DNA of 63,268 bases, counting the filler, from Folioceros fuciformis (lineage: Eukaryota): NCBI GenBank assembly GCA_049999805.1. It is 9 parts of 9 records of this genome, joined end to end, with 100 filler letters (N's around TTAATTAATTAA, not from the genome) between each part and the next. Parts side by side here need not be neighbours in the genome. Positions count along the whole stretch, not along the records: positions 1 to 22,830 come from JBNGIO010003983.1; 8 more parts are not named here. The stretch is one strand, 5' to 3'. Under the pieces are notes generated by a model that was given only the letters and a program-made list of their open reading frames with translations, was not told the DNA's origin and made no database searches. Below, piece after piece: positions 1 to 11,600 of the stretch (positions within the stretch are counted from its first letter, which is position 1; each line of letters starts with the position of its first letter). A program made the position numbers and the translations under genes.

Positions 1-917
1 AACCCGGCTTAGGTCACCAGACCTAGGGGTACCCACAACCAGACCCGTCCTGTAAGAAGAATGCAAAGGAACAGATAATGACGCGTTAGGGTATGCTATA
101 AACAAACTTAACTTAGTTTTTTCGAAACTTAAACTAGTAAATAGGTTATTTACTAACTTAGACTAGAAAAGGGGGTTAATTCCCCATTTAGTGTGGTAGT
201 TAGGCTTTAACCTGAACAGACTTCCCAGTCTGTTGCTAGGGGCTTATTGGCAGGACACTGGCCAGCCCTTCTTGTACTATGGACCCTAAGAAATCTACAG
301 CCATTTTTGCTGAAGGCTCATCTCACGACGAGAAGCTCTGGCCTTGGAAGCTCATCTAGGCTCAAGGGCAGATCCTTGCCGTGACATTATGTCTGCACAA
401 GAATTTGTTGATTATGAGGTGACAAATGCATATGCTATCTTTTCTACTTCGAATGTAAATAGTACATGGGTTTTTGTTCAACATCCACTTGGAAATAAAG
501 TTACCGATTTTGAAAATTCTTTTGAAGAATATTATCAAGAAAGGCTTATTTTAGGTCGGGCTCAAGTGCAAGATGCATTTGGGATCATACTCATGTTTTT
601 AGAGCAACAACAAATGATATAATGTCTACACTTAGAAATTTGGAACAAATTGAGAAAGAAATTTTAAAGTAGGTTAGGTCCTCTTTGAAACAAGTAGAAG
701 CAATTTTTTGAGACTAATTTAAAAGTTAATTTCTTATTTTATTTATTTTAAGTTATTATAATATTAATTATTATAATGATTATATTTATATGTTCAACCA
801 AATATAAAATAATAAATCAAAAATATAAAAAACTATATTTCATAATTTCCATATTTCAAATAAATTTCTATTTTATTTTTTATTTTTGATAAATAATTGA
901 ATTCTCTAATTATTAGA

Positions 918-970
918 CCTCCCTAAATGTTACCCAATGCCCTACTCCCAAGGGGTAACATTTAGGGAGG
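918..970. repeat. Perfect 18-bp inverted repeat with 17-nt spacer
   Basis: CCTCCCTAAATGTTACCC (918-935) pairs with GGGTAACATTTAGGGAGG (953-970). It lies at the edge of a very AT-rich tract (~700-915). Confidence 0.85.
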
Positions 971-1736
971 GTGGACGAAAGCTTAAGAGGCAAGCGCGAA
1001 AACCTGCCTCCATCGGCATGAAACTGTTTCGCGCCTGCCTGCATTGGCATGAAATTGCGGGGCATAATGGCGTACTGGAATTTGCCAATCTGCCGTTTGC
1101 CACAAACGCGCCTCTCCAAATGACACTCCCGTGTCATGGAGGCCGGATGACATACCCGAACATATTTCGGCAGCCAAACGATATTCCGTTAGGCTGGCTA
1201 GCCTAACTGTGAGTGGACATCATACATCAGAGCTATTCACTTGTTAGATCACTAGTATTTAACTACACATCGTCCAAGGCGCGCGCGGCCATATTCAAAC
1301 CATCCGCGGCTGCGTCGCCTCTTCCGGTTCCCCTATGTCAGAAAGTTGAGAGGACACCAGTCCCGTATCGTAACAAAATCATGAAGGTCCGCACTTTCGC
1401 ACTTTTAGGCATTGGAGTCAGCGCAGTAGCAGAGGGGTGCGTCGACGCCGCATCCACGCTGTAACGACGCACGTTGTCGCCAGCTCACTCGTCCTCTGTC
1501 TTTTCTGCAGACGTCCAAATTTGCCTATTTGTATGCTTACCTTGTAAATCTATCAGATGGGAAGGGTAGAGTAGCATGCCTTGTATTCACTAAGGCTTCA
1601 ATCCCAGCCATGTTCTGAAGGGAACTGATTGGATGCCCTTCGCAGCTTCCAGAGGGAAGTCCACACCTGCTTTCGGTAGTCTGCATTCTTCAGGGTCAAG
1701 TCGATACGCGTAAGAGGTCTGGTAGGAGGGAGCAGA

Positions 1737-4355
1737 ATGACATTCGTCCTAGCTTTATTTGGTCTTTTTTCCATTCAGTTGCAGCTCCGAGCTGGCGAAG
1801 CGCAGCAAACCTATCCACCACCCACCGCCGTCGACATGGACCATGCTAGCCTCAAGGCTTTTCTTATGAATCAAACATTGGATGTGGAGCAGGTGGCTAA
1901 TCCCTGTAACTGGTCTGTGTGGGTGCAGTGTAAGTATGTCCCAAAAACGACTGGCGAGAGGAGGATTCGGAAACTTACCATATCTGGGGCCCGGCTCAAT
2001 GGGAGCATCCCAGCGGGCACTATCGGCAATCTTAAGGCGCTTGAGTACCTTAACCTATCTCACAATTGCCTGCTGGGTACGATTCCGGAGGATCTATGGG
2101 GCCTTCCAAACCTGAGTTCCTTGGACCTTGCAGAAAATCGGTTGGCCGGTAATCTTTCTCCTCTTGTAGGGAAAGCGTCGTCTCTTCGCACACTTAATCT
2201 CTCAGCCAATATGTTACATGGACCTATTCCTCTGGAGATAGGTCATCTATCCGGTCTTCAGCATCTAGACGTTGGAAGGAATCCACTGGGAGGCTTTATA
2301 CCTCCAGAGCTCTTCAATTGTACAAGGCTGAAGAACTTGGATTTATCGGATGCAAACCTCCAAGGTCCAATTCCTCGTGCTCTAGGGGATGTACTTGCTC
2401 TTCGTGATGTCAACCTGTCTGGCAATTCACTGACGGGCCCAGTTCCAGACATGTCAAGACTTCAAAGGCTGACATCGTTCTCAGTGTCAAGCAATGTCCT
2501 ATCTGGAGAATTGCCGACAAACTTGTCTGGTAGTTTAAGGACCCTAGATCTCAGTGCGAATGGCTTTGAGGATGTGATCTCTAACTTCCCACATAGCTGG
2601 CTTTTGCTTGAGTACCTTGATCTGTCATATATTCCTGGTCTGGGTGTTGGCGGGTTCCCTTTGAATCTAGGATGCCTTTCAGCTCTTAGATATCTCAGCA
2701 TCTCATGGAGTAGCTTTTCTGCAGGCACTTTTCCTGCAATCTTTGAGCTTGTGAACCTGACACATCTGGATTTGGCGTCATGTAATCTTGTTGGGAGTTT
2801 GCCTGCTGACCTGGACAAATTAACGAACCTTGAGGCTCTGAATCTCTCAGAGAACAATCTGTCAGGTGTCATCCCTGTCCAGTTGGGCAGTTTGTCGAAA
2901 CTTACAAGTCTTGATCTCTCACACAATAGTCTATATGGATCTATTCCCTCGCAGCTTGCTAACTTGACTTTGCTAACCAACGTCAACCTGTCGTTTAACA
3001 ATCTAAGTGGACCCATTCTCCAACAATGGACGAGGTTTGATGACTCTTCGTTTGAAGGCAATCCTTTGCTCTGTAGTGGAAGGTGTCAGAGGGGTACTGC
3101 AGGTGCCCCTACTTTTTCTGGGGAGCCGGAAAGTTTGCTTCCACCAGCTGCACACCCTAGGCACCGTTTGAAAGCAGGAATCCTTGTGGGTATTGTTGTC
3201 GGGAGTCTCGCTTCTGTTGTTGTGATGTTTGCTCTTGTGTGTTGGCATAGAAGAGTCTTAAACAAGGCTACCTCACCTGAGTTGGTAGTCAGTCCTGCAG
3301 TTTCAACAGTCTCTGAGCGTCATCTCCCAGCTCGGGATCCTTGTTCTGCTGGCTCACGATCTTGGCTGACGGGAGTGAAGGACCCGAGCACTGTCCCTGT
3401 GACATTTTTGGAGAAACCGCTCTTGACTTTTACCCTTGCTGATCTCTATGCGGCTACCTCCACTTTTAGTAAGGACGCACAAATATCAGAGGGGAGACAT
3501 GGACCTGTCTACAAAGGGATTCTGGGAAACGGTGTCGTTTTGGCCATCAGGGTTCTATGTGACGGGGGATTCCACTCAGAGCAAGAAGCAGCTGCCCAGC
3601 TGGAAACGCTGGCCAGAGTAAGGCACACAAATTTGGTGCCCTTAGTTGGATATTGTGTAGTAGGCAAGCAAAGGCTACTAATATATGATTTTATAGTGAA
3701 TGGAGATCTACATAGGCGACTGCATGACCTGCCCGAGGGGATAGCCAACATCGACGACTGGAGCATGGATACTTGGGAGCAATTGGAGGGAGATGTATGT
3801 GGGGATACTTTTGATTGGCATTTAAGGCACAAAATTGCGCTTGGTCTGGCTAGAGCCTTGGCATTCCTACACCATGGATGCTCGCCTCACATAGTTCACT
3901 GTGCAGTCAACTGCTACAACGTCCTGCTGGACTGCAATCATGAGCCCTATCTTGCAGATTGTGGGCTTCGCAGTTTAAGGGCTGCAGGAGACCGCAGTTC
4001 TTGTGCTACCCAAAGTACCCCTGGCTACATTCCACCTGAGTATGCTAGAACTTCTGAACCAAGTACAAGAGGAGATGTGTACAGCTTTGGGGTCGTTTTG
4101 CTCGAACTTGTTACAGGTAGACGGCCAACCGGACTTGTCTCCTACGACAGCTGTGAAGGGAATCTGGTTTGCTGGGTGCGATCCTTGATTCGTGAAAATC
4201 AAGGATACAGGGCTCTGGATCCCAAGGTTACGCGCGACGGGCCACTGCCAGAGATGCTTGAGGCGTTGAGAATTGGTTACCTCTGCACCGCCGATGAGCC
4301 ATCCAAAAGGCCCTCAATGCATCAGGTGGTCAGGCTGTTGAAAGATATCCTGTGA
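1737..4355 (+). CDS. Single-exon LRR receptor-like kinase (At2g24230-like), probable pseudokinase
   Basis: 872-aa ORF with a hydrophobic leader, multiple LxxLxLSxNxLxGxIP repeats, a GNPLLC cap and a TM helix (GILVGIVVGSLASVVVMFALVCW). The FLEKPLLTFTLADL juxtamembrane and HDLP...DDWSMDTWE kinase insert are typical of At2g24230-like RLKs. Confidence 0.93.
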   Translation: MTFVLALFGLFSIQLQLRAGEAQQTYPPPTAVDMDHASLKAFLMNQTLDVEQVANPCNWSVWVQCKYVPKTTGERRIRKLTISGARLNGSIPAGTIGNLKALEYLNLSHNCLLGTIPEDLWGLPNLSSLDLAENRLAGNLSPLVGKASSLRTLNLSANMLHGPIPLEIGHLSGLQHLDVGRNPLGGFIPPELFNCTRLKNLDLSDANLQGPIPRALGDVLALRDVNLSGNSLTGPVPDMSRLQRLTSFSVSSNVLSGELPTNLSGSLRTLDLSANGFEDVISNFPHSWLLLEYLDLSYIPGLGVGGFPLNLGCLSALRYLSISWSSFSAGTFPAIFELVNLTHLDLASCNLVGSLPADLDKLTNLEALNLSENNLSGVIPVQLGSLSKLTSLDLSHNSLYGSIPSQLANLTLLTNVNLSFNNLSGPILQQWTRFDDSSFEGNPLLCSGRCQRGTAGAPTFSGEPESLLPPAAHPRHRLKAGILVGIVVGSLASVVVMFALVCWHRRVLNKATSPELVVSPAVSTVSERHLPARDPCSAGSRSWLTGVKDPSTVPVTFLEKPLLTFTLADLYAATSTFSKDAQISEGRHGPVYKGILGNGVVLAIRVLCDGGFHSEQEAAAQLETLARVRHTNLVPLVGYCVVGKQRLLIYDFIVNGDLHRRLHDLPEGIANIDDWSMDTWEQLEGDVCGDTFDWHLRHKIALGLARALAFLHHGCSPHIVHCAVNCYNVLLDCNHEPYLADCGLRSLRAAGDRSSCATQSTPGYIPPEYARTSEPSTRGDVYSFGVVLLELVTGRRPTGLVSYDSCEGNLVCWVRSLIRENQGYRALDPKVTRDGPLPEMLEALRIGYLCTADEPSKRPSMHQVVRLLKDIL

Positions 4356-5644
4356 GTTCCACGTGTCGTTCGATCACCTGCCAAGACAAAAACGTTGCTA
4401 ATATTCAGACATGGTTCATGACTTTGGATGATGGTGGACTTGGTGAAACCATCTGTTGCGGTCCTTCTGTTCAAAGATCAGCCTTAAGCACACTATCCTG
4501 CCGGTCTGCCCAGCGCATCGGTATGCGGCCTTCCCGTCTTCAAGGACGTGCGGTTGGTCCAAGACCCATAGTGGTGTAATGACGCATAATCCTAGTTCAC
4601 TAAACGATGTGTACAACCCTGCTATGGTACGAGGCCGTCTGGCTGCCGGTGTCCGCCTAACCAATATAGAGTGTTACGTATTATCGAAGTGGAACCTGCA
4701 CTCGCTCGTGGTGCCATCAGTTGACACTGTGAGAAAAATCAACCGTGGCGCATGCCGCGATGCAGTATCCAGACCGTCCATGCAGTAAGGAGTCGAGAAA
4801 AACTGCCTTTACTCATGTGTCCACATGGCTGTGCAATTTCGTTGAAGTAGGCTCCTAAGGAATTTTGTTCGCGAGCAATGTGATCTTCTGTGCATGATGT
4901 GGTGGAGAAGCTATTGCCCGTTGTCGACCATACCTCAGTCTACGTTTCTGGGAGCTCACGTGGCAGGATTACTGGCCAGGAGCCAACTATGTAGGATGTT
5001 GAATTCCTCTAGCTTTATGCACTAGCTAGTCCTAGCGGTTGGTTAGCAGCCTCCATGGAACCACGGTTCCAATGACAGCTAGGATAGCAGCAGAACATTT
5101 GACAAATTCGTCAGATCTTGTACTGAGCGGCCGATTCGATCACAGGAGCCTTTCCGGGACTGTGCAGCAGCTTACCTCCCATTTATCACTGATAATAGGC
5201 TCGCACAGCGAGCCTGTTCGCATGGGGCGGGCTTGTCTTTTCACTTTTCCGTATTACCGTGGCAAATGAACCCTTCGAGGCAAGAATTATGGATTGGTAA
5301 AATGGCAAGGCATGCATCTATAAAATCGACCTCCCATTTTCCGACCGTTTCTATCGCTCTTCAAATAAAGGTCCCGGTCTCCGGCTTTGCACTACTGCAG
5401 GTAGTAGCTAGAGCGAGTTGAGAGAGCCATCTTTTCCGATGCACCAGCGCTGGGTTGATACTACCCTTGTAGAGACTGTATCGAGTTTACGGCTAAGTTT
5501 CGAACCGGAAACCGTGTATGTCGTGTGTCTCAGTCTCAAGGCGCCCATCTGCGGAGAGCACCTCTTGGTGACCGGCCCCTTGCAAGGAGCTCGCCCATGC
5601 TTTTTCTTGCAGTAGACAGTCGTTGATTGCTCGGTCTTGCTGCA

Positions 5645-8600
5645 ATGTCGGAAGATGAGAAGATTCTCAAGGAAGCCAAGAAGTTGTCATGGGAGGAGAG
5701 GCTGGGACACAAAAATTGGAAAGTTAGGAACGATGCCAACATTGATCTTGCTGCTTTGTGCGAGGCCATTCTCGATCCGAAAGACCCTCGATTGAAAGAG
5801 TTTGGTGAGTGCCTGGCTTCCCACCTTCGGCGCCCTAACATGACCTGGCTTCTGTCGGTGAATAATACTCTGATGCTTGTGTGTGTCATTCCTGCAAACT
5901 CATCCTAGCTTGCGGTGCAGGACCCTTGTTCAAGAAAGCCGTGTCAGACTCAAATGCCCCTGCGCAGGAGAAGGCTCTGGATGCAGTCATTGCATATCTT
6001 AAAGCTGCTGATGCTGATGCTGCCAGGCATGATACTCACGCAATCCTTTGCCCGACATTGTTTGCAGCTTTGTTGGAGTGACGTCTTAGACCAAAATTGG
6101 AGGTTCAGAATTTGTTTACTGTACATTTCTTGTTGATTTTCCTTCCCCACATCTTGGTAAGTTGTGGGTTCACGTCTTTCGTGTATCACTTGATGTAGGG
6201 ATCCTAAGCCACCGATCCGCTTGCAGGTATGCGAAGGAAATATGTGATGCCATTGTGGGGAAGTGTCTCACTGGCCGTCCCAAGACAGTTGAGAAGGCGC
6301 AGACTGTCTTTTTGCTGTGGGTTGAACTGGAGGCTGCAGACACTTTTCTGGTAACGTTTGTAATAATCGTGCATGTACCCTGACATCTCATCTTCCCGAT
6401 CACATGGGACATGTTGCGCACATTGCAGACACCAGATCCTGTTGTGAAAAATAAATTTGAATTGGCCTAGTGGTCGTCTTTGACCATGTATCTGGGGTAT
6501 GACATGAATCATTTGCTAGGATTGTTGATCTATTTGTGTGTAATGTTGCAGGATGCTATGGAGAAAGCTGTAAAGAACAAGGTTGCAAAAGCTGTTGTAC
6601 CAGCCATTGATGCGATGTATCAGGCTATCAGGTATTGGACACGGGTTTGTGGTCTTGTGTCTTATCAAGCATGTCCCTGGCTGGTCCAGGTTTGTGAATA
6701 TCATATAGCCAACTTTCCGTTTGTGGTCCGATACTTCTTCCACCTTGTCAAATATTTCCTTCCACTCTTATTCACAGTTTGTTCGGCACAAAAGTGGTTC
6801 CTCCCAAGAAAATCTTGAAGATGCTTCCTGACCTTTTTGATCATCAAGATCAAAATGTTAGAGCCTGTGCTAAGGGGTTGACAATTGAGATGTGCCGCTG
6901 GATTGGCAAGGACATAGTGAAGTCGATCTTGTTTGAGAAAATGAGGGACACGATGGTATGTTCTGCGAATGTGGGTTGTATTGATTGCTCCTCTCTTTCT
7001 CTCTTGTTTTTTACGTACATATCCTATGAACTGCATATCTGGTTGAGATGCCTGCATGGCTATTGAATCTGTTCTTGTTCAACTGCTCAGAAAAAGGAGC
7101 TGGAAGCTGAGATGGATGCAGTCACTGGGGTTTCCAAGCCTTCACGGAAGATTAGGTCAGTGAGCTGCATATCCCATGAACGTATGCAGGGGCGTTTGCT
7201 GCGAGATGGGATTGTTTTAAGATGTTGAATTGTCTCCTGCACTAGGTCAGAGCAGGAGAAGGAACTTGAACTAGAGCCTGTTGTTGATTGCCCACAAGAC
7301 GGACACATAGATGATTCATCTATTGGGGGTAGGTCTCCTCTGTGTTGATCCCGCGTGGTTGCTTCATATTACGTGGGATTTACATCATTCTTCCTTATGC
7401 ATCCTTTTTCTTATGCCAGGCTTGGCAAATGTTGACGAGTATGAACTTGTTGATCCTGTGGATATTTTGACACAACTGGGCAAGTCCACCTTCTGGGAAG
7501 GAGTAGTAAGTCGTGTGGTTATTGCAGTCCAAATGGAAGTTCTGTGCATGATGCTGGAAAGTTGTCGCATGATAGCTAGAGTCCATTATCAGATGAGTAT
7601 TCTGACTTTGTTGGAAAATTTCTGTTGTATGCCATCCTTGGAAGCAATTCTGTCATCTTATTTTCTGCTGCAATTTGTGTTTCAGAAAGCCTCAAAGTGG
7701 TCTGAGCGGCGTGATGCTGTTGCGGAACTAACCAAGCTTGCCTCAGTGAAAAGGNNNNNNNNNNNNNNNNNNNNNNNNNNNNNNNNNNNNNNNNNNNNNN
7801 NNNNNNNNNNNNNNNNNNNNNNNNNNNNNNNNNNNNNNNNNNNNNNNNNNNNNNATCTTTGTGGTTTCCCTTCTATCTAAATCTTACTAATTTTGAAGCA
7901 GCTGTCTGTAATCTGGGCTTAAGTGAACAGTAAAAGTTGACTGGAGCTATTTCGGTTTGTCTCAGCTTATTATGGATGTGAACATAGCTGTCGCTGTGGA
8001 AGCAGTTCAAGCAGCTGGCAATCTGGCAAGAGGACTCCGTAAGGACTTTGCCAGTGGTGCAAGGCTGTTGCTTCCCCTTTTGCTGGTACTATACCCGTCT
8101 GTAAAGTTGTTTTTCCCTTGTAGGAACTTGCATGATTATATCTGATTTTGTATTATTTTTATCAGGATAAGCTGAAAGAGAAGAAGCAAGTGATGGTTGA
8201 TGCTTTGTCTCAAACACTTCAAGCCTTGCACAAGGGCGGTTGCATACAGCTTTTGGACATTGTTGAAGGTTCTTCCATGCTTATCCAAAGTTTCATTCCT
8301 TGGCTGGTTTCTTCAACTTTTGCAGACTGAGTGATTCTGGCTGGCATGTACTGGCAGAGCTAAGTGATTGATTGACAGCATTATATAAAATCAAGTGGAT
8401 TGATTTATTGATGCATCTGGCCTGATCGCATGTGCAGAGGTGAAGGTTGCAACAAAGAATAAAGTGCCCTCTGTGAGATCACTGTGCTTGACTTGGCTCA
8501 CGTTCTGCATAGAAACAAGCAGCAAGGCTCTTGTGTTAAAGCTGCACAAGGACTATGGACCTATTTTGATGGAGGTCAGCAATGCCCCTCCTATAAGATG

Positions 8601-11600
8601 GTGGCTCTTTACTGTGCAAGTGTAACTGTATGCTGTGGTTTCCATATGCGTAAGTAACTGATTCTGTGTGGATAATGAGGTATCTTTTGTAGTGCCTTGC
8701 GGATGGGACACCTGAAGTTCGTGATGCAGCTTTTTCTGCCCTTGCTGCTGTTGCAAAGGTAAGCAGGTGAACATGTATTGAAGAACGGTTGAAACGATTT
8801 ATGGGCTGTTAAGCATGGTTGTTTTCTCTTTCTTGATTGGGAAATGTATGGACTGTACTAGAAAGAATGTGTTTGTCGTTGTGAAGGCTTTGATTTGACC
8901 CTGTAAATCTGTACAGTCAGTAGGAATGCGACCCCTGGAGAGGACTCTGGAAAAACTTGATGATGTACGACGAAAAAAACTCGTAGAAATGATCGGTTCA
9001 AATGAAGGAGGTGCTCCCTCTACCTCAGGCGCAGGTAGCCAACACTTATGGTTCAGCTTTTTTTCTTTGTAGCTGAGTCTTACTTCTTACCACTGTTGGT
9101 TTCACTTTTGAACACATGCTTTTGACAGTGTCCGCCAGAGTCGGAACTGCCAATCCAGCGGCTTCTGATGAGGTGGGTGCTGTGCGGTGATACTTTTGTA
9201 CCAACATTGAATCTCTGTAGAGTCACTTAATTCAGTCTGTGGCAGATTGTGGGTGCTGTGCCAAAGAAGTCTGCTGCAAGCCTACTGTCTGGGAAAAAGT
9301 TGGTTTCTGGTATTGCAGCAAGTGTAAGCCTGCAATTCCCTGTGTTCCTCCCAAATCCATGTTAACTCATTGAGAGGCATCTGCTTCACCTCACAAGTCT
9401 CTTGCTTTTGGTAGAGTACGAAGAGGAGTGCACCAGTTAGGCCCAGCACTGCAAAGAAACCAGACATTGTAGGAAAACATCTGGCGGCAACAGAGCCGCC
9501 TGAGGATCTCGAGGTATGGTTTATTGAAGAGCCCCGTAACAAAAGCTGATGATGGCCGGGGATTCGTTTGAGGTTTCTGTCGCTGGTTCTCTGTTGGTTG
9601 GGATATCAATTCATTGCATGAAATAGACCTTTGGGCATGTGACAGCCCGGTTGCATAAGCTTAGAAGAAATTGAAGTCCGATTGGGAAATCTCCTGGAGA
9701 TGGATGTGCTTTTGAAGTTGAAGAGTTCAAACTGGAAAGAGAGACTGGAAGGTGAATCGGTTTTTGTGGTTCTAATTTTGGTTCTTGGTTGCAAATAGTG
9801 TTGCTCACTGGCTGTTGCCCTGGGGAACCATTGAATGTAATTCACTATTGTGCTGTGTAGCAATTACTGTCTTGAAAGGTACGGTGGAAGGTCTAGGCGA
9901 TGTACAGCAACATGCTGAATTACTTATTCGGCTTATTTCCTTGTTGCCCGGGTGGTCTGAGAAGAATGTACAGGTTATCTTCAGATTTTGGCTGACGCCT
10001 GAAACTCTGTACTTGTGTTGTTAGGTGGATTCTGATATGTGGCAATGTGTACTTGCTGGTTTCCTTTTAGCTCCCTCTCGTTTCAATTGTTCACCATGTA
10101 GTTTTGAAGTATATGAGAGTAAATTGCAGTCTTGGCACTTCTTCAAAGTTATCATGTCCTCACAGCAGTACTGTTGTTCTTGTGGCTTGCAGGTCCAGCA
10201 AAAAGCGATTGAAATCATCACACATACTGCTCAAAACTCGCTTTTTTCAAAGCGTTGCGTAGTCCTGTGTGTTGCAGGTGGGTGTATGTTTAAGATTTGA
10301 TCTCCAAGGAGGTCAGCGGGCTCAAATGCTTGTTGGACATCCTGGCGTAGACAATAACATCTCGAGATGCCGGGATGTTGCAGGAGTGGCTGAAAGGGTC
10401 TGTGATGTGAAGACTCGGCTGCAAGCTACAAAGTGCCTGACAGTATTTTGTGAATCTGTTGGTCCTCAATTTGTTTTTGACAGGGTATTTTAGTGATATT
10501 TCACCCCTGCGTTTTTGCCTCTCATTTTGGAGTGCTTTTCGTGGCTTTTCTGCACCTTTTATTGATGCGCCTGTCATGTTGCTTTACACTCTTTCTTTGG
10601 TCCTGTGCACAGCTGTTTAAGATCATCAAGGACCATAAGAATCCCAAAGTGCTCAGTGAGTGTGTATTATGGCTGGCCAGCGCAGTCGATGACTTTGGAG
10701 TAGCGCAAATCAAGCTTAAGGTCCGCATGCAATTTTACTACTAGTTTCTGCTGATACTGGTATACAGTGTGTACATAGGGTTGAAGGACATCCAGTTACT
10801 GCTGCTCCATGGGTGGCAATGACCTCTGAAATGGTGTTGAAGAGGTTGCTATCTGTGGGAATTCAGTTTCTGCTTATTCCTTAATTTCTTATTCCCTAAC
10901 CTGTTTGTTTTCCAGGACTTGATAGACTTCTGTAAGGATGTTGGTCTGCAGTCAAGTGCTGCTGCAAGCAGGAATGCGACTGTCAAGTTGATTGGAATCC
11001 TGCACAAATTCGTTGGTCCAGGTACGCCACACAAAAAGTAGTCTCAGTTGACGTTTTTCTTGGCTTTCTTCACGTGCTGATCGCGTGCTAATATTCACTA
11101 ACAGATATAAAAGTCTTCCTGTCCGACGTGAAACCTGCCCTTCAAAGTGCTTTGGATACTGAGTACGAGAAGAACCCATACGAGGTATACTTTCTCTGTT
11201 CCCCATTCCTGTAATTGTGCCCTTGATGGTCCGTCTGCGGTTCAGAATTTGCTGCTACGGCTCCACTGACATGAATAATGGCAGGGGCCTGTATTGGTTC
11301 CAAGGAGGGCTGTTCGAGCCCTGGATCCTGATGTCGTGTCTGCTGGAGGTGGAAGTGATAGTCTGCCTCGGGAAGACATCAGCGGAAAGCTCACTGCAAG
11401 CTTGTTGAAGAATCTGAGCTGTCCAGAGTGGAAAGTAAGTTATATGAAAAGACTTTACTTTCTGTGCTGCAGGTACATGCTTGCCAACGCTAGTGGACCT
11501 AATGTGGCTTGCATTCCCTGTTGTGAGTGGTGCTATGCTTTGAGATCAGAAACACATTCTAAGTTTTGACGGTGGCCTTTTTTCAAGGTTCGTCAAGAGT

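Noticed and set aside
279..622. Short ORF(s) at the window start
   Set aside because: Frameshifted, no recognisable domain, and embedded in repeat-like AT-rich sequence.
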